The notes beneath the pieces are model-generated. The model was not told the origin of the DNA. It was given only the letters and a program-made list of their open reading frames with translations, and ran no database searches. Positions 1 to 11,882 of a DNA stretch of 44,191 nt are shown here, piece by piece; within the stretch, counting starts at the first letter, position 1, and the number at the start of each line of letters is the position of its first letter. The stretch comes from an uncultured Rickettsiales bacterium (GTDB taxonomy: Bacteria > Pseudomonadota > Alphaproteobacteria > Rickettsiales > UBA6187), in assembly GCA_964616845.1 (NCBI GenBank), contig CAZTUN010000002.1, positions 1 to 44,191 on the forward strand. Direction: 5' to 3'. The position numbers were made by a program, and so were the translations under genes.

Positions 1-290
1 AGCTGGTGTCATGCTTCTTTGTACTTGGTAGGAACCAAAGAAATTATCTCTGCAAGAAAATAGTACTATGCTAATGATAATAATCATAAGCATTTTGATC
101 AATTTAATCTTCCTAAGATTTATAAATAATAGCATTTGCACCTTATCGTTACAACATTGCGATTATAGCATATTTATTTAGCAATTTCTTTGTCTTTATT
201 ATAACAATAAAATATTAAATTATTATGAATAAATATATTTTATATTTGCTAATTAGCCTATTATAACCAATAATTATACTGCTTACCTTG

Positions 291-320
291 TATTTAATGC
301 TCATTAATGAGTATTAAATA
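291..320. promoter_or_regulatory. 30-bp near-perfect palindrome TATTTAATGCTCATTAATGAGTATTAAATA in the long AT-rich spacer upstream of the 533..2200 ORF. Candidate operator or RNA hairpin.
   Basis: Pairing position i with 31-i gives 14/15 complementary pairs. The single exception is G:T, which would be a G:U wobble in RNA. Confidence 0.3.
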
Positions 321-532
321 TTGACCTTAAAATTATTTTAATAATTTTTATAGTTCTCATATGTAACACAAATCAACTATTATTTTGTGGTAGATAATAA
401 ATTATCTTGTCTATTTTACTAATCCGCATTACAAGTTTATCATCACGCTCGTAATTTTTATTTTTGTGCAAATGCTTTTTTTAAAACTTGAAATTTGCAT
501 TCATATATACATAAAGACTAAGGAATAAATTT

Positions 533-2200
533 ATGCCAAAAAAAATAGCAAAAATTTTCTTAACCTTAACAATAATTATTGTCATAATTTATTCTGGTGC
601 ATGGTTTGCTGGAGCTTATTTTATAAAAAATAATTTTTCTAGTAATTTACCAAAACTTAAAGAAAAATTAGCTCTTGATATTAATTTTTCAAGTATGGGC
701 ATATCTGGTTATCCCTTTAACTTTATAATAAAACTGTCTAAACCCACAATATCTAATAAAGATTTTGCTTTTTCTTCAGACAAAGAACTCGAGCTTTCAA
801 CCACTATACTTACCAAAAATCTAGCTCTTGCTCTTCCTAGCGCAACATTGTCAATTACTACTAGCGATAATAAGCAATTAAAATTTAATATAGTCTCTGA
901 CTATACAATTATTGACTTTAATTTTGTCAATAGTTTAATTCTTAGTCTTATCAAAGGGGAAAAAGACTTGCATGCTAAAGAATTAACTGGGTTAATTATA
1001 AAGCAATCTAATGCTAAAATAAGTGATGTTGCCAGCAGCAAATTATTAAAATCTATTGATAAAATAGATGCCAATTTTTTTGAAAATATCCAACAAGATC
1101 ATAGAACAGAATATTCTGTTACACTAGAGCACTCTTCTTTTCAAAGCTTAGAAGATTTATTACCTCAAATAATTTCTAGTCCAGCCTATCTAAAACTATC
1201 TTCTTACTCTCCTATTTCTCGACCTATTTTAAACTTTTTCCTTTCAGATTTTAGAGTTGGCAAAACATACCTAGATACTTCTGGTTACGAACTTGGCTCA
1301 AATGTAGAACTATTTAATGGAACAAAAAACTATAACTTTAAAAATTTTGATTTTAAGATTAATAAATATAATTATAACAACGATATAATTAATTTGGTTT
1401 CCTCAGGACAATCTATATTAAAAAAAGGAACCAATAGTCGCGACTTATCTTTACATGCAAAAATTACAGCCAGTTCTAAGTGGAAAGAATTTTATTCTAA
1501 TGATTGGGTAGTAAGATCTGCTAAAGGCGTAACCATGAGTGATTTCTTTATGCCAGATAATGATAATGTAAAGGATTCGGTTGATAATATTGGCAAGAAA
1601 TATATAGAATATATTATAGCTAATCCTAAAGAATTATCTAACTTAGTTCCAAATCTTTATGACTTAGGTCCTGTTTCTATAGATCTAGATGCGGTGGCTG
1701 ACATTAACTTAAAAGACGTTAATATCAATCAATTTATACTTGCGGCAAAGCCATATTCTATAAAACTTGTTGGCGTGTATAAAAAAGATTCTGATTCTGC
1801 TATGACATTTAGCATAAGTAATAACAAACAACTCATTTCTGATTTGGTTGATTATTCCTCTAAATTCCTAACCTTTATTCTAAAATTAAATAATTCTAGT
1901 GCGCCAGAATTTATTTTACCTACAGAATTCAAAACAACTCTAAATGAAACACTTATTTCTTTATCAGATAGCCCTAAAACCGTAGCTAATGATATTTCAT
2001 TTACATGCAAATTCAGTAAGTCACAAATTTTACCAACCATTTCTGGTCTGTCTATTTTACAGGTAGTCGATAAATTGCAAACTGTAATTCAGCCACATTA
2101 CGCAAAATATATGGAAGCAGTTGATATGTACGTTAAAAAGACTCCTATTCCTGAGAAAAGTACTCCTACAGAAAAAACATCTCAACCAAAAGCTAAGTAA
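533..2200 (+). CDS. Hypothetical membrane-anchored protein, 555 aa. One N-terminal TM helix followed by a large Asn/Ser/Lys-rich region; no catalytic motif recognised.
   Basis: Long intact ORF. AAGGA lies about 10 nt upstream of the ATG. N-terminal hydrophobic stretch IFLTLTIIIVIIYSGAWFAGAYF. I recognise no family from the sequence alone. Confidence 0.6.
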   Translation: MPKKIAKIFLTLTIIIVIIYSGAWFAGAYFIKNNFSSNLPKLKEKLALDINFSSMGISGYPFNFIIKLSKPTISNKDFAFSSDKELELSTTILTKNLALALPSATLSITTSDNKQLKFNIVSDYTIIDFNFVNSLILSLIKGEKDLHAKELTGLIIKQSNAKISDVASSKLLKSIDKIDANFFENIQQDHRTEYSVTLEHSSFQSLEDLLPQIISSPAYLKLSSYSPISRPILNFFLSDFRVGKTYLDTSGYELGSNVELFNGTKNYNFKNFDFKINKYNYNNDIINLVSSGQSILKKGTNSRDLSLHAKITASSKWKEFYSNDWVVRSAKGVTMSDFFMPDNDNVKDSVDNIGKKYIEYIIANPKELSNLVPNLYDLGPVSIDLDAVADINLKDVNINQFILAAKPYSIKLVGVYKKDSDSAMTFSISNNKQLISDLVDYSSKFLTFILKLNNSSAPEFILPTEFKTTLNETLISLSDSPKTVANDISFTCKFSKSQILPTISGLSILQVVDKLQTVIQPHYAKYMEAVDMYVKKTPIPEKSTPTEKTSQPKAK

Positions 2201-2205
2201 TTATA

Positions 2206-3018
2206 ATGGACATTATTGCGATAATAAAATCATGTTTTCTTGGTATTATTGAAGGTTTAACTGAATTTATCCCAGTTTCATCAACTGGTCATCTTATTCT
2301 TATTTCAGATATTCTAAAAATGACTACCATACAAGATAAGGTATTTGATATTGCAATTCAATTTGGGGCTATTTTAGCCGTATGCTATATATATCGCCAT
2401 AAACTTATCGGTACGGTTATCTCATTACATAATTCACCTTCTTCGAGACATTTTGCTACCGTAACAATATTAGCCTTCATTCCCGCAGTAATACTTGGTT
2501 TTATTTTTCATAAATTTATAAAAGAAGAATTATTTTCTCCTAAAGTAGTTTCGTTTTCTATGCTTATTGGTGGCATAGCTATTCTTATAATAGAAAAATT
2601 TCGACCTAATCCAAAAATTTATACTATTAATAACATAAGTTACCCTAGGGCTCTAATGATTGGCTTATTCCAGTGCTTGGCTATGATTCCCGGAACGTCA
2701 AGATCTGGAGCAACTATTATGGGAGCATTACTTATTTCTATAGACCGCAAAACTGCTGCTGAATTTTCTTTCTTCTTAGCTATTCCAACAATGTTTGCAG
2801 CTACTTTATATGACATATATAAAAATTATAGTATTTTAACTTTAGACAACCTAACCTTGATTACTATTGGTTTTGTCTCTTCATTTTTAGTTGCTTTACT
2901 AGTAGTAAAGAACCTTATTAGCTTTATAAGCAAGCATGGTTTTGCTCCTTTTGCTATCTACCGCATAGTTTTAGGCAGTATAATGTTATATTTATTATAT
3001 CATGGCGGAATTAACTAA
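2206..3018 (+). CDS. uppP: Undecaprenyl-diphosphate phosphatase (UppP/BacA)
   Basis: 270-aa polytopic protein carrying the UppP signature motifs EGLTEFIPVSSTGH and PGTSRSGATI. Confidence 0.9.
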   Translation: MDIIAIIKSCFLGIIEGLTEFIPVSSTGHLILISDILKMTTIQDKVFDIAIQFGAILAVCYIYRHKLIGTVISLHNSPSSRHFATVTILAFIPAVILGFIFHKFIKEELFSPKVVSFSMLIGGIAILIIEKFRPNPKIYTINNISYPRALMIGLFQCLAMIPGTSRSGATIMGALLISIDRKTAAEFSFFLAIPTMFAATLYDIYKNYSILTLDNLTLITIGFVSSFLVALLVVKNLISFISKHGFAPFAIYRIVLGSIMLYLLYHGGIN

Positions 3019-3026
3019 ATAACATC

Positions 3027-3932
3027 TTAAGCCCTTGGATGCGTACTGTTGTAGATTTTTTCTAAATGCTGGGTATCTAATGATGTATATAACTGTGTTG
3101 AACTTAAGCTAGCATGTCCTAGCAAATCTTGTATTGTTCTTAAATCAACTCCGTCTTTTAATAAATGAGTAGCAAAACTATGTCTAAAAGCATGAGGTGT
3201 TGTACTCTCTGGTAACCCTAATTTTCGTCTTAATTTTCTAATATGCTTACTAAATACCGCAGGCTGTAAGGGTGCCCCCTTTTCTCCTATAAATATCGGT
3301 CTATCTTCAGATATATTATAAGGACATAATTCAATGTATTTATTAATCGCTTGTACAACCTTTGGTAATAATGGAACTTGTCTTTGCTTATTTCTTTTTC
3401 CCATTACTAGTAATTTATCTTGTTCTATAAAGCTCTTTTTAGTTAAAGATAAAGCTTCAGAAATTCTCAATCCACAACCATATATAACCATCAATAGCGC
3501 AACATCTCTAATTCCTACCCATGTTTTATCGGCTATGTCAGCAATATTTTTTGTCGCAGATAAAGCTTCTTCTATATCTAAGCTCTTTGGCAGCAATTTT
3601 TTTCTTTTTGGACTTCTTAACTGAAAAATAGCCTGATTATTACAATATTCTTGTTTTTCTAAAAATTTGAAGAAATTCCTTAAACTGGATAGAGCTCTAG
3701 CTGATGAAGAAGAATCAAATTCATTCTCAAAACGATAGGCTAAGTAGGATCTAAAATCCTGTAAAGATAATTCTTCTAAATCTTTTAGTCTCACTAGCTT
3801 ACCAAGATGTTTAAAAACAAAATCTAAAAAATCCTCTAGATCATTTTTATAGGCAAGCAAAGTGTGGGCTGAAAATCTTTTTTCCAGAACTAACCATTCT
3901 TCCCACTCTTTTATTGCTAAAACTAGTTCCAA
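3027..3932 (-). CDS. xerC: Tyrosine site-specific recombinase, XerC/XerD family. The C-terminus looks more XerC-like.
   Basis: Catalytic signature GLRISEAL, HAFRHSFATHLL and LLGHASLSSTQLYT, ending LDTQHLEKIYNSTHPRA. N-terminal SAM-like core-binding domain. The XerC versus XerD choice rests only on remembered resemblance of the C-terminus. Confidence 0.8.
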   Translation of the reverse strand: MELVLAIKEWEEWLVLEKRFSAHTLLAYKNDLEDFLDFVFKHLGKLVRLKDLEELSLQDFRSYLAYRFENEFDSSSSARALSSLRNFFKFLEKQEYCNNQAIFQLRSPKRKKLLPKSLDIEEALSATKNIADIADKTWVGIRDVALLMVIYGCGLRISEALSLTKKSFIEQDKLLVMGKRNKQRQVPLLPKVVQAINKYIELCPYNISEDRPIFIGEKGAPLQPAVFSKHIRKLRRKLGLPESTTPHAFRHSFATHLLKDGVDLRTIQDLLGHASLSSTQLYTSLDTQHLEKIYNSTHPRA

Positions 3933-3965
3933 GATTACCTATCTTAAATTTTAATCAAAATATCT

Positions 3966-4619
3966 CTAAAAAGTCTGTTTAGTATTTTCCCAGTCTTTCA
4001 TAAATGAAGCCAGTCCCTTATCTGTTAAAGGGTGATTAAATAATTGTCTAATTGTTTGTGGCGGTAATGTAGCAACATGCGCTCCAATCTTGGCACTCTC
4101 TACAACATGTATAGGATGACGAATAGACGCTACTAAAACTTGAGTTTTAAATTCAGGATATTGTTTATATATTGTGCAAATTTCTTCAATCAGTTTAAGT
4201 CCATTATTTCCAACATCATCAAGCCTACCAACAAATGGAGAAATATATGTAGCTCCAGCTTTAGCGGCAAGTATCGCTTGTGCTGCTGAAAAACACAATG
4301 TAACATTTGTTTTTATTCCTCTTGATGAAAGAGTTTTGCATGCTTTTATTCCATCAACTGTAAGAGGTAGTTTTATTACTACGTTTTTTGCTATTTTTAT
4401 TAATTTATCCGCCTGAATTATCATGTTCGCATAATCCATTGCAACTACTTCAGCACTAACATCTCCAGAAACAATCTCACATATCTCTTTTATAACTTCA
4501 AAGAAATTTCTTCCCGACTTAGCTATGAGCGTAGGATTAGTTGTAACTCCATCTAGCAATCCAGTTTCACTTAATTCTTTTATTTCTTTTATCTCAGCTG
4601 TATCTACAAAAAATTTCAT
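3966..4619 (-). CDS. tal: Short-form transaldolase / fructose-6-phosphate aldolase family (about 217 aa class)
   Basis: N-terminus [15 protein letters not shown]...GVTTNPTL and the VVIKLP Schiff-base lysine region are typical of the short TalC/Fsa subfamily. Confidence 0.85.
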   Translation of the reverse strand: MKFFVDTAEIKEIKELSETGLLDGVTTNPTLIAKSGRNFFEVIKEICEIVSGDVSAEVVAMDYANMIIQADKLIKIAKNVVIKLPLTVDGIKACKTLSSRGIKTNVTLCFSAAQAILAAKAGATYISPFVGRLDDVGNNGLKLIEEICTIYKQYPEFKTQVLVASIRHPIHVVESAKIGAHVATLPPQTIRQLFNHPLTDKGLASFMKDWENTKQTF

Positions 4620-4732
4620 TATTTTCCTCTAGATTTGGTTTTGTAAAAAAACTATAACTAATATAGTTTTATATGTTCCTTAAATAATCTCACATAAATA
4701 ACCATCAATTATATTCACGTAAATAGTAAATT

Positions 4733-6727
4733 ATGCCAAGATTTGTTAACATAATCTTACCAAGAGCAATATTTTCTAATCTAACTTATAAAATAAGTGA
4801 AGATTTGAATATTTTAAACGGAATGATAATTGATGTTCCATTAGGCAAGACTAGCACCATCGGCGTAATTTGGCAAATATCTAATAATCCTCCAGCAAAT
4901 ATTGCTGAGGATAAAATAAAATATATAAATAAAATTCTAGATTACCCGCCATTAAGCGAGAATCTTTTAAAATTTATAAAATATGTTTCCGACTATACTA
5001 TTACAGATCTTGGCAGCGTATTAAAAATGTCTATCCCTATTAGCAAACAACTTAATGTCTCTAATTTATCTGCAAAAAAACGATCTTCTCTAAGTCATAA
5101 TATAAAAATATCCCTTCCTGAACTTAGCTCTAGTCAAGCTAATGCTGTTAGTTTCTTAAAAGAACGAATTTCAAGCAATGATTTTTCTGTAACTTTGCTC
5201 GAAGGAGTTACTGGTTCTGGCAAAACAGAAGTATACTTCTCCGCTCTAGAGGAAGTTTATAAAAAAGACTCTCTAAGCCAAATACTTATTCTATTGCCAG
5301 AAATAATTTTAACTACACAGTTTATTAAGAGATTTGAAGAAAGATTTGGCTTTTCTCCTGCACAATGGCATTCAGGAGTTTCTCTAAGTAAAAAAAATAC
5401 TTTATGGCAAGAAATATCTAATGGAACGCAAAGGATTATAGTCGGAGCTCGTTCAGCTCTATTCCTGCCCTATAAAAAATTAAGCTTAATTATTGTAGAT
5501 GAGGAACATGAGTCCTCTTACAAACAAGAAGATGGGGTAATTTATCATGCTAGGGATATGGCTGTGCTTAAAGCAAAAATTGAGAATATTCCTATAATTC
5601 TAACTTCTGCAACCCCTTCTATTGAAACTTTAAATAATGTTGTCCTAAAAAAATATTATCATATAAAACTTGCTGAGCGGTTTAATGCAACAATGCCTAT
5701 CATAAAAATTGTTGATATGCGCAATACTCCTAAATCAAATAATCATTGGATATCTCTAGAGCTTACGGAAGCAATAAATAAAACTTTAGCTGCCAAGCAA
5801 CAGGTTTTATTGTTCCTAAACCGTAGAGGATATGCTCCTATTAATTTATGCAAGAAATGTGGATATAAAATATCTTGCCCAAATTGTTCTACTTCACTAG
5901 TAAGACATGAATCGCCACAAAAATTATTATGCCATACTTGCGGTTTTAGTTGCAGTCCTGTAAATACCTGCCCTGATTGTAAAAGCGAAAATAGTATAAT
6001 ATCTTGTGGACCTGGAATCGAAAGAATAGCCGAATCTGTAAAAAAAATATGGAACAAATCTACAATAGCCTTAATTGATAGTGACCATATTAATTCTCCC
6101 AAAAAAAGAGAAAGTCTAATTACCGACATAATTAATGGAAATTACGATATAATAATAGGAACGCAAATTCTTGCTAAAGGTCATCACTTTCCTAACCTTA
6201 CTTTAGTTGGTATAATTGATGCCGACATAGGAATGCTAGGAGGAGACCTAAGAGCCGCAGAAAAATGCTTCCAGTTGCTTCATCAGGTTTCTGGTCGCGC
6301 AGGTCGCCAAAAAGAATTAGGCAGCGTGATAATACAAAGCTACATGCCTGAAAATAATGTAATCACCGCCCTAGGAAAAGGTAATTCTGAAGAATTCGCT
6401 CAAATAGAATTACAAAATCGTCAAATTGCTAACATGCCTCCATTCTCTAGAATGGTTGCTCTAATAATTTCTGGTTCTGACGAAAATAAAACCGCTAATT
6501 TTGCATATAGTTTAGTCAGGAACGCTCCTATAAATGATCAAGTAAATGTCCTAGGACCTGTTGCTGCGCCAATGTATATTATCCGAAAAAAATATAGATT
6601 TCGTATATTATTAATAACCAAACCACAGCTTAATATACAAAAATTTATAAAAATATGGCTTTGTTCCGTAAATACCCCTCCTTATATACAACTTAAAATA
6701 GATGTTGATCCCTATAATTTCATGTAA
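4733..6727 (+). CDS. priA: Primosomal replication-restart helicase PriA (protein N')
   Basis: Walker A GVTGSGKTEVY, DEEH box VDEEHESSYKQ, and the Cys-rich zinc insert CKKCGYKISCPNC...CHTCG...CPDCKS. Confidence 0.9.
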   Translation: MPRFVNIILPRAIFSNLTYKISEDLNILNGMIIDVPLGKTSTIGVIWQISNNPPANIAEDKIKYINKILDYPPLSENLLKFIKYVSDYTITDLGSVLKMSIPISKQLNVSNLSAKKRSSLSHNIKISLPELSSSQANAVSFLKERISSNDFSVTLLEGVTGSGKTEVYFSALEEVYKKDSLSQILILLPEIILTTQFIKRFEERFGFSPAQWHSGVSLSKKNTLWQEISNGTQRIIVGARSALFLPYKKLSLIIVDEEHESSYKQEDGVIYHARDMAVLKAKIENIPIILTSATPSIETLNNVVLKKYYHIKLAERFNATMPIIKIVDMRNTPKSNNHWISLELTEAINKTLAAKQQVLLFLNRRGYAPINLCKKCGYKISCPNCSTSLVRHESPQKLLCHTCGFSCSPVNTCPDCKSENSIISCGPGIERIAESVKKIWNKSTIALIDSDHINSPKKRESLITDIINGNYDIIIGTQILAKGHHFPNLTLVGIIDADIGMLGGDLRAAEKCFQLLHQVSGRAGRQKELGSVIIQSYMPENNVITALGKGNSEEFAQIELQNRQIANMPPFSRMVALIISGSDENKTANFAYSLVRNAPINDQVNVLGPVAAPMYIIRKKYRFRILLITKPQLNIQKFIKIWLCSVNTPPYIQLKIDVDPYNFM

Positions 6728-6830
6728 ATATTTCTATTTACTGTTTTTTATATTGCCCTAAACTATAAGTTACATAGTCTGCTATTTCTTCTACTATGTT
6801 AGAAAACTCTATTTTTAATAAAAAAAGTTG

Positions 6831-6860
6831 CTTGCAACCCTTTTTTACCTGTGCTATTAG
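6831..6860 (+). promoter_or_regulatory. Candidate sigma-70-type promoter of the atpHAGDC operon
   Basis: TTGCAA (6832-6837), a 17-nt spacer, then TATTAG (6855-6860), about 60 nt upstream of the atpH ATG. Motif match only. Confidence 0.25.
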
Positions 6861-6917
6861 TGCCTGCCCTTTGCTAAAAGGTTTTTCATTGAATTTTAAA
6901 TTTACAAATAATTTTTT

Positions 6918-7478
6918 ATGCTAGCATCAAATATACAAATAGCGAATCGTTATTCTGAAGCACTTTTTAGCTTGTCATTAGAAGAAAACCTATTGCCAAA
7001 AGTTGCAGCTGATATAAAGCTATTAAATGAAGTATTGTTAACCTCACCTGAGGTCTCTTCAGCTATTTGTGACATTTCTAACTCTAAACCGCAAATATTG
7101 CAATTACTTGACGCCTTAGCTAACAAAGCTAATTTTAATAAAATATCTAAAAATTTCCTTCATTTAGTTGTTAAGGCAAACAGGGTTAAGGTTCTTCCTG
7201 ATATAGCAAAGTTATTTGTAAGAAAATTTGAAGAGCATAACGGCAGTCTATTTGTTGATGTTACAGCAGCTGAAAAGCTTGACAAAGAGCAAATAGCTTT
7301 GATCGAGAAGAAACTTTCTGATGTCTTTAAAAAAAATGTTATAGGCGTTATACGAATTGATAAAAAAATACTTGGTGGCTTAATTGTTTCTCAAGGTTCT
7401 AAAATGTGGGACTCATCTTTGGGAAATAAAATAAGCCGTTTAAATAATTTAAGTAAACAGGCAATTATAAACTTTTAG
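6918..7478 (+). CDS. atpH: F1 ATP synthase subunit delta (OSCP)
   Basis: 186 aa. N-terminal ANRYSEALFSL motif, and the first position in an atpH-A-G-D-C operon. Confidence 0.85.
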   Translation: MLASNIQIANRYSEALFSLSLEENLLPKVAADIKLLNEVLLTSPEVSSAICDISNSKPQILQLLDALANKANFNKISKNFLHLVVKANRVKVLPDIAKLFVRKFEEHNGSLFVDVTAAEKLDKEQIALIEKKLSDVFKKNVIGVIRIDKKILGGLIVSQGSKMWDSSLGNKISRLNNLSKQAIINF

Positions 7479-7521
7479 TTTTTTAAATTGCAAAAATATT
7501 ATTTAGTTGAGGAGAAGCATT

Positions 7522-9057
7522 ATGACCGTACGAGCAACTGAAGTAGTTGATATTCTAAAGCAACAAATTAAAGATTTTGATGCTTCTGTTGAACTAAGCG
7601 AGGTTGGCCGAGTTGTCGAAGTAAAAGATGGAATAGCTGTAGTTCATGGCTTAGATGGCGTGCAATCTGGAGAAATGGTCGAGTTTAATGCTACCCTAAA
7701 AGGAATGGCTTTAAACTTAAATGCTGACAATGTTGGTGTGGTAATTTTTGGTAATGATAGTGCCGTAAAAGAAGGTGATATTGTAAAACGTACCAATAAA
7801 ATTGTAGAAGTTCCTGTAGGAAAAGAGCTACTTGGACGCGTTGTTGATGGTCTTGGCAATCCTATAGATGGAAAAGGGCCTATAAATGCAAAGCTTTCTA
7901 GTTTGGTTGAGAGGATAGCTCCTGGAATTATCGTCCGTAAGTCTGTATGCGAGCCTGTACAAACTGGAATTAAAGCTATTGACTCTCTTATTCCTATTGG
8001 ACGTGGTCAAAGGGAGCTAATTATTGGAGATCGTCAAACTGGAAAAACTGCAGTTATTATTGATACTTTCTTAAATCAAAAACCTTCTCATGAAGGGAAA
8101 GAAGATGAATCAAAAAAATTATATTGTATTTACGTATGTATCGGACAAAAAAGATCTACTGTTGCTCGTATAGTAAAAAAATTGGAAGATGAAGGAGCAT
8201 TAAAATATAGTATAGTTGTAGCAGCAACCGCATCTGATCCAGCTCCATTACAATATCTTGCCCCTTATACTGGTTGTACTATGGGTGAATATTTCAGGGA
8301 TAATGGAATGCATGCTATTATTGCTTATGATGATCTTTCTAAGCATGCAGTGGCTTATCGTCAAATGTCTTTATTATTACGTCGTCCACCAGGACGTGAA
8401 GCATATCCTGGAGACGTTTTCTACTTACACTCTAGATTATTAGAGCGTGCGGCTAAACTTTCTGATGCTCAAGGTGGTGGCTCTTTAACTGCACTGCCTG
8501 TAATCGAAACACAAGCTGGTGACGTTTCTGCTTATATTCCAACTAACGTAATTTCTATTACTGATGGTCAGATATTCCTTGAAACGGATCTTTTCTACAA
8601 AGGCGTACGTCCTGCTGTAAACGTTGGTTTATCAGTTTCAAGGGTTGGTTCTGCCGCTCAGATTAAAGCAATGAAACAAGTTGCTGGATCTATAAAATTA
8701 GAGCTTGCACAATATCGTGAGATGGAGGCGTTTGCTCAATTTGGTTCAGATCTTGATGCATCAACTCAAAAATTATTAGCTCGCGGTAGTCGCTTGACTG
8801 AGTTATTAAAGCAAGATCAGTTTTCTCCACTACTTGTTGAAGAACAAGTAGCTGTTATATACGCAGGAGTTAAAGGATATTTAGATAAAATTCCAACTAA
8901 ATCTGTCGTAAAATTTGAGAAAGAACTTCTTGAGCTACTTAGAAATCAACATAAAAATTTGTTAGACACTATTAGCAAAGAACAAAAACTTTCTGATGAT
9001 AGTGAGGCAAAGCTAAAAGTTGTTCTTGAACAATTCACGCAAAGGTTCTTAGGATAA
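7522..9057 (+). CDS. atpA: F1 ATP synthase subunit alpha
   Basis: Walker A GDRQTGKT and strong alpha-subunit similarity throughout. I prefer ATG 7522 (GAGGAG at 7509-7514, 7-nt spacing) over the ORF-track TTG at 7507. Confidence 0.95.
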   Translation: MTVRATEVVDILKQQIKDFDASVELSEVGRVVEVKDGIAVVHGLDGVQSGEMVEFNATLKGMALNLNADNVGVVIFGNDSAVKEGDIVKRTNKIVEVPVGKELLGRVVDGLGNPIDGKGPINAKLSSLVERIAPGIIVRKSVCEPVQTGIKAIDSLIPIGRGQRELIIGDRQTGKTAVIIDTFLNQKPSHEGKEDESKKLYCIYVCIGQKRSTVARIVKKLEDEGALKYSIVVAATASDPAPLQYLAPYTGCTMGEYFRDNGMHAIIAYDDLSKHAVAYRQMSLLLRRPPGREAYPGDVFYLHSRLLERAAKLSDAQGGGSLTALPVIETQAGDVSAYIPTNVISITDGQIFLETDLFYKGVRPAVNVGLSVSRVGSAAQIKAMKQVAGSIKLELAQYREMEAFAQFGSDLDASTQKLLARGSRLTELLKQDQFSPLLVEEQVAVIYAGVKGYLDKIPTKSVVKFEKELLELLRNQHKNLLDTISKEQKLSDDSEAKLKVVLEQFTQRFLG

Positions 9058-9080
9058 TTAGTTAGAGGTGATTTTAAATC

Positions 9081-9968
9081 ATGGCAAATCTTAAAAGCCT
9101 AAAAATTAGAATACGAAGCGTTAAGTCAACGCAGAAAATCACTAAAGCAATGAAGATGGTTTCTGCTGCTAAGTTACGTCGTGCAAGAGAAAAAGTTGAA
9201 GCAGCTACTCCATATGCTGAGGCTATGTCGAGGGTTGTAAAAACTTTAGCAAGAAATATTCCTGTTAATGAAGCTCCTGCCCTGCTTGTTGGTAACGGAA
9301 GAAATCATAAACACTTGTTAGTGGTTGTCACTTCGGATAGAGGCTTGTGCGGAGGACTCAATACTAATTTGGTGAAAGCGGTAAAACGTAAAATCCTAGA
9401 GTTAAGTTCAGAAGGAAAAGAAGTTAGCCTATTTTGTATAGGCAAAAAAGGCAGGGAGTTGCTATCTTCTCAATTCAAGAATAAAATCATTCATGAAGTT
9501 GAAGGCATAAGTAAGAAAAAAAATATTCCTTATGAAGATGTAGAAGTACAAGCAAAAACCATATTGGACTTATTTTCTCAAGAAAAGTTTGATGTTTGTA
9601 CAATATTTTTTAATAAGTTTATTTCAGCTATTTCTCAGAAAATAACTGCTACGCAAATAATTCCTTTGGCTCAAGATGAAGAAACTGAAAATTCTACTAA
9701 AGTTAATTCTGCTCTTCCTTACGAATATGAACCAAGTGAGCAGGAAATATTAAGTGATTTATTACCAAGAAATCTTGCTGTTCAACTTTATCATGCAGTA
9801 CTAGAAAATACTGCAAGTGAGCAAGGTTCTCGTATGACGGCTATGGATAATGCTACTTCCAACGCTGGCGAAATGATCAAAAAATTAACCTTGGTATATA
9901 ATCGTACAAGACAAGCCAATATTACAAAAGAATTAATAGAGATTATTTCTGGAGCTGAGGCTGTATAA
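9081..9968 (+). CDS. atpG: F1 ATP synthase subunit gamma
   Basis: Canonical N-terminus MANLKSLKIRIRSVKSTQKITKAMKMVSAAKLRRA and C-terminal ITKELIEIISGAEA. Confidence 0.95.
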   Translation: MANLKSLKIRIRSVKSTQKITKAMKMVSAAKLRRAREKVEAATPYAEAMSRVVKTLARNIPVNEAPALLVGNGRNHKHLLVVVTSDRGLCGGLNTNLVKAVKRKILELSSEGKEVSLFCIGKKGRELLSSQFKNKIIHEVEGISKKKNIPYEDVEVQAKTILDLFSQEKFDVCTIFFNKFISAISQKITATQIIPLAQDEETENSTKVNSALPYEYEPSEQEILSDLLPRNLAVQLYHAVLENTASEQGSRMTAMDNATSNAGEMIKKLTLVYNRTRQANITKELIEIISGAEAV

Positions 9969-9999
9969 TAGTAATTTAAAAGTTGTTAGTAATTAATGA

Positions 10000-11439
<1,440 letters not shown>

Positions 11440-11450
11440 GGAATAAGATT

Positions 11451-11864
11451 ATGGCAGGACAGGAACAATTATCAATGGAATTTGACATTGTAACTCCAGA
11501 AGGAAAATTTTTCTCAGGCTTAATATCTCAAGTAGATATACCAGGAAAGAATGGATATTTTGGAGTTCTTCCTAATCACATTCCTTTGATTTCTACCCTT
11601 AGCTCTGGCGTCTTAACTATAAATCCTGACAATAGCGATTCTAGAAAATTTTATGTATCTGGTGGTTTTGCTGAAGTAACTCCAAAACGCTGTGCAATAC
11701 TTGCAAGTTATGTAGTAGATTTAGCTTCCTTAACAAAAGAAGACGTTCAAAAACAACTAGAAGCTCTAGATTTTTCTATTTCAACTACTGTTGATACAGA
11801 CAAGCTTGCATTATTAAAGTCACAGAAAGAAAATCTTTCTGGATTAATTGCATGCTTGGTTTAG
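11451..11864 (+). CDS. atpC: F1 ATP synthase subunit epsilon
   Basis: 137 aa, last gene of the F1 operon, beta-sandwich plus helical tail pattern (VTPEG...GVLPNHIPL). Confidence 0.9.
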   Translation: MAGQEQLSMEFDIVTPEGKFFSGLISQVDIPGKNGYFGVLPNHIPLISTLSSGVLTINPDNSDSRKFYVSGGFAEVTPKRCAILASYVVDLASLTKEDVQKQLEALDFSISTTVDTDKLALLKSQKENLSGLIACLV

Positions 11865-11882
11865 TTTACATCTGGTTTATTG

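Noticed and set aside
1-63. Open frame reaching the left edge (...SWCHASLYLVGTKEIISARK-stop), possibly the 3' end of a + strand gene
   Set aside because: Only 20 codons are visible and there is no recognisable motif. That is too little to call a CDS.
329-348. AT-only inverted repeats: AAAATTATT-TT-AATAATTTT here, and ATAAATC-N9-GATTTAT at 37702-37724
   Set aside because: These are low-complexity A/T sequences, and such repeats are expected by chance in spacers of this composition.
467-499. TGCAAAT-N19-ATTTGCA inverted repeat overlapping a possible TTGAAA -35 element upstream of ORF 533
   Set aside because: The arms are only 7 bp and widely spaced in an AT-rich region. I cannot match it reliably to any known operator consensus, and no acceptable -10 element sits at the correct spacing.
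6821-6848. AAAAAAAGTTGCTTGCAACCCTTTTTT as a terminator hairpin after priA
   Set aside because: The GTTGC/GCAAC arms are separated by only 2 nt, which is too tight a loop. The region fits better as the -35 part of the candidate atp promoter.
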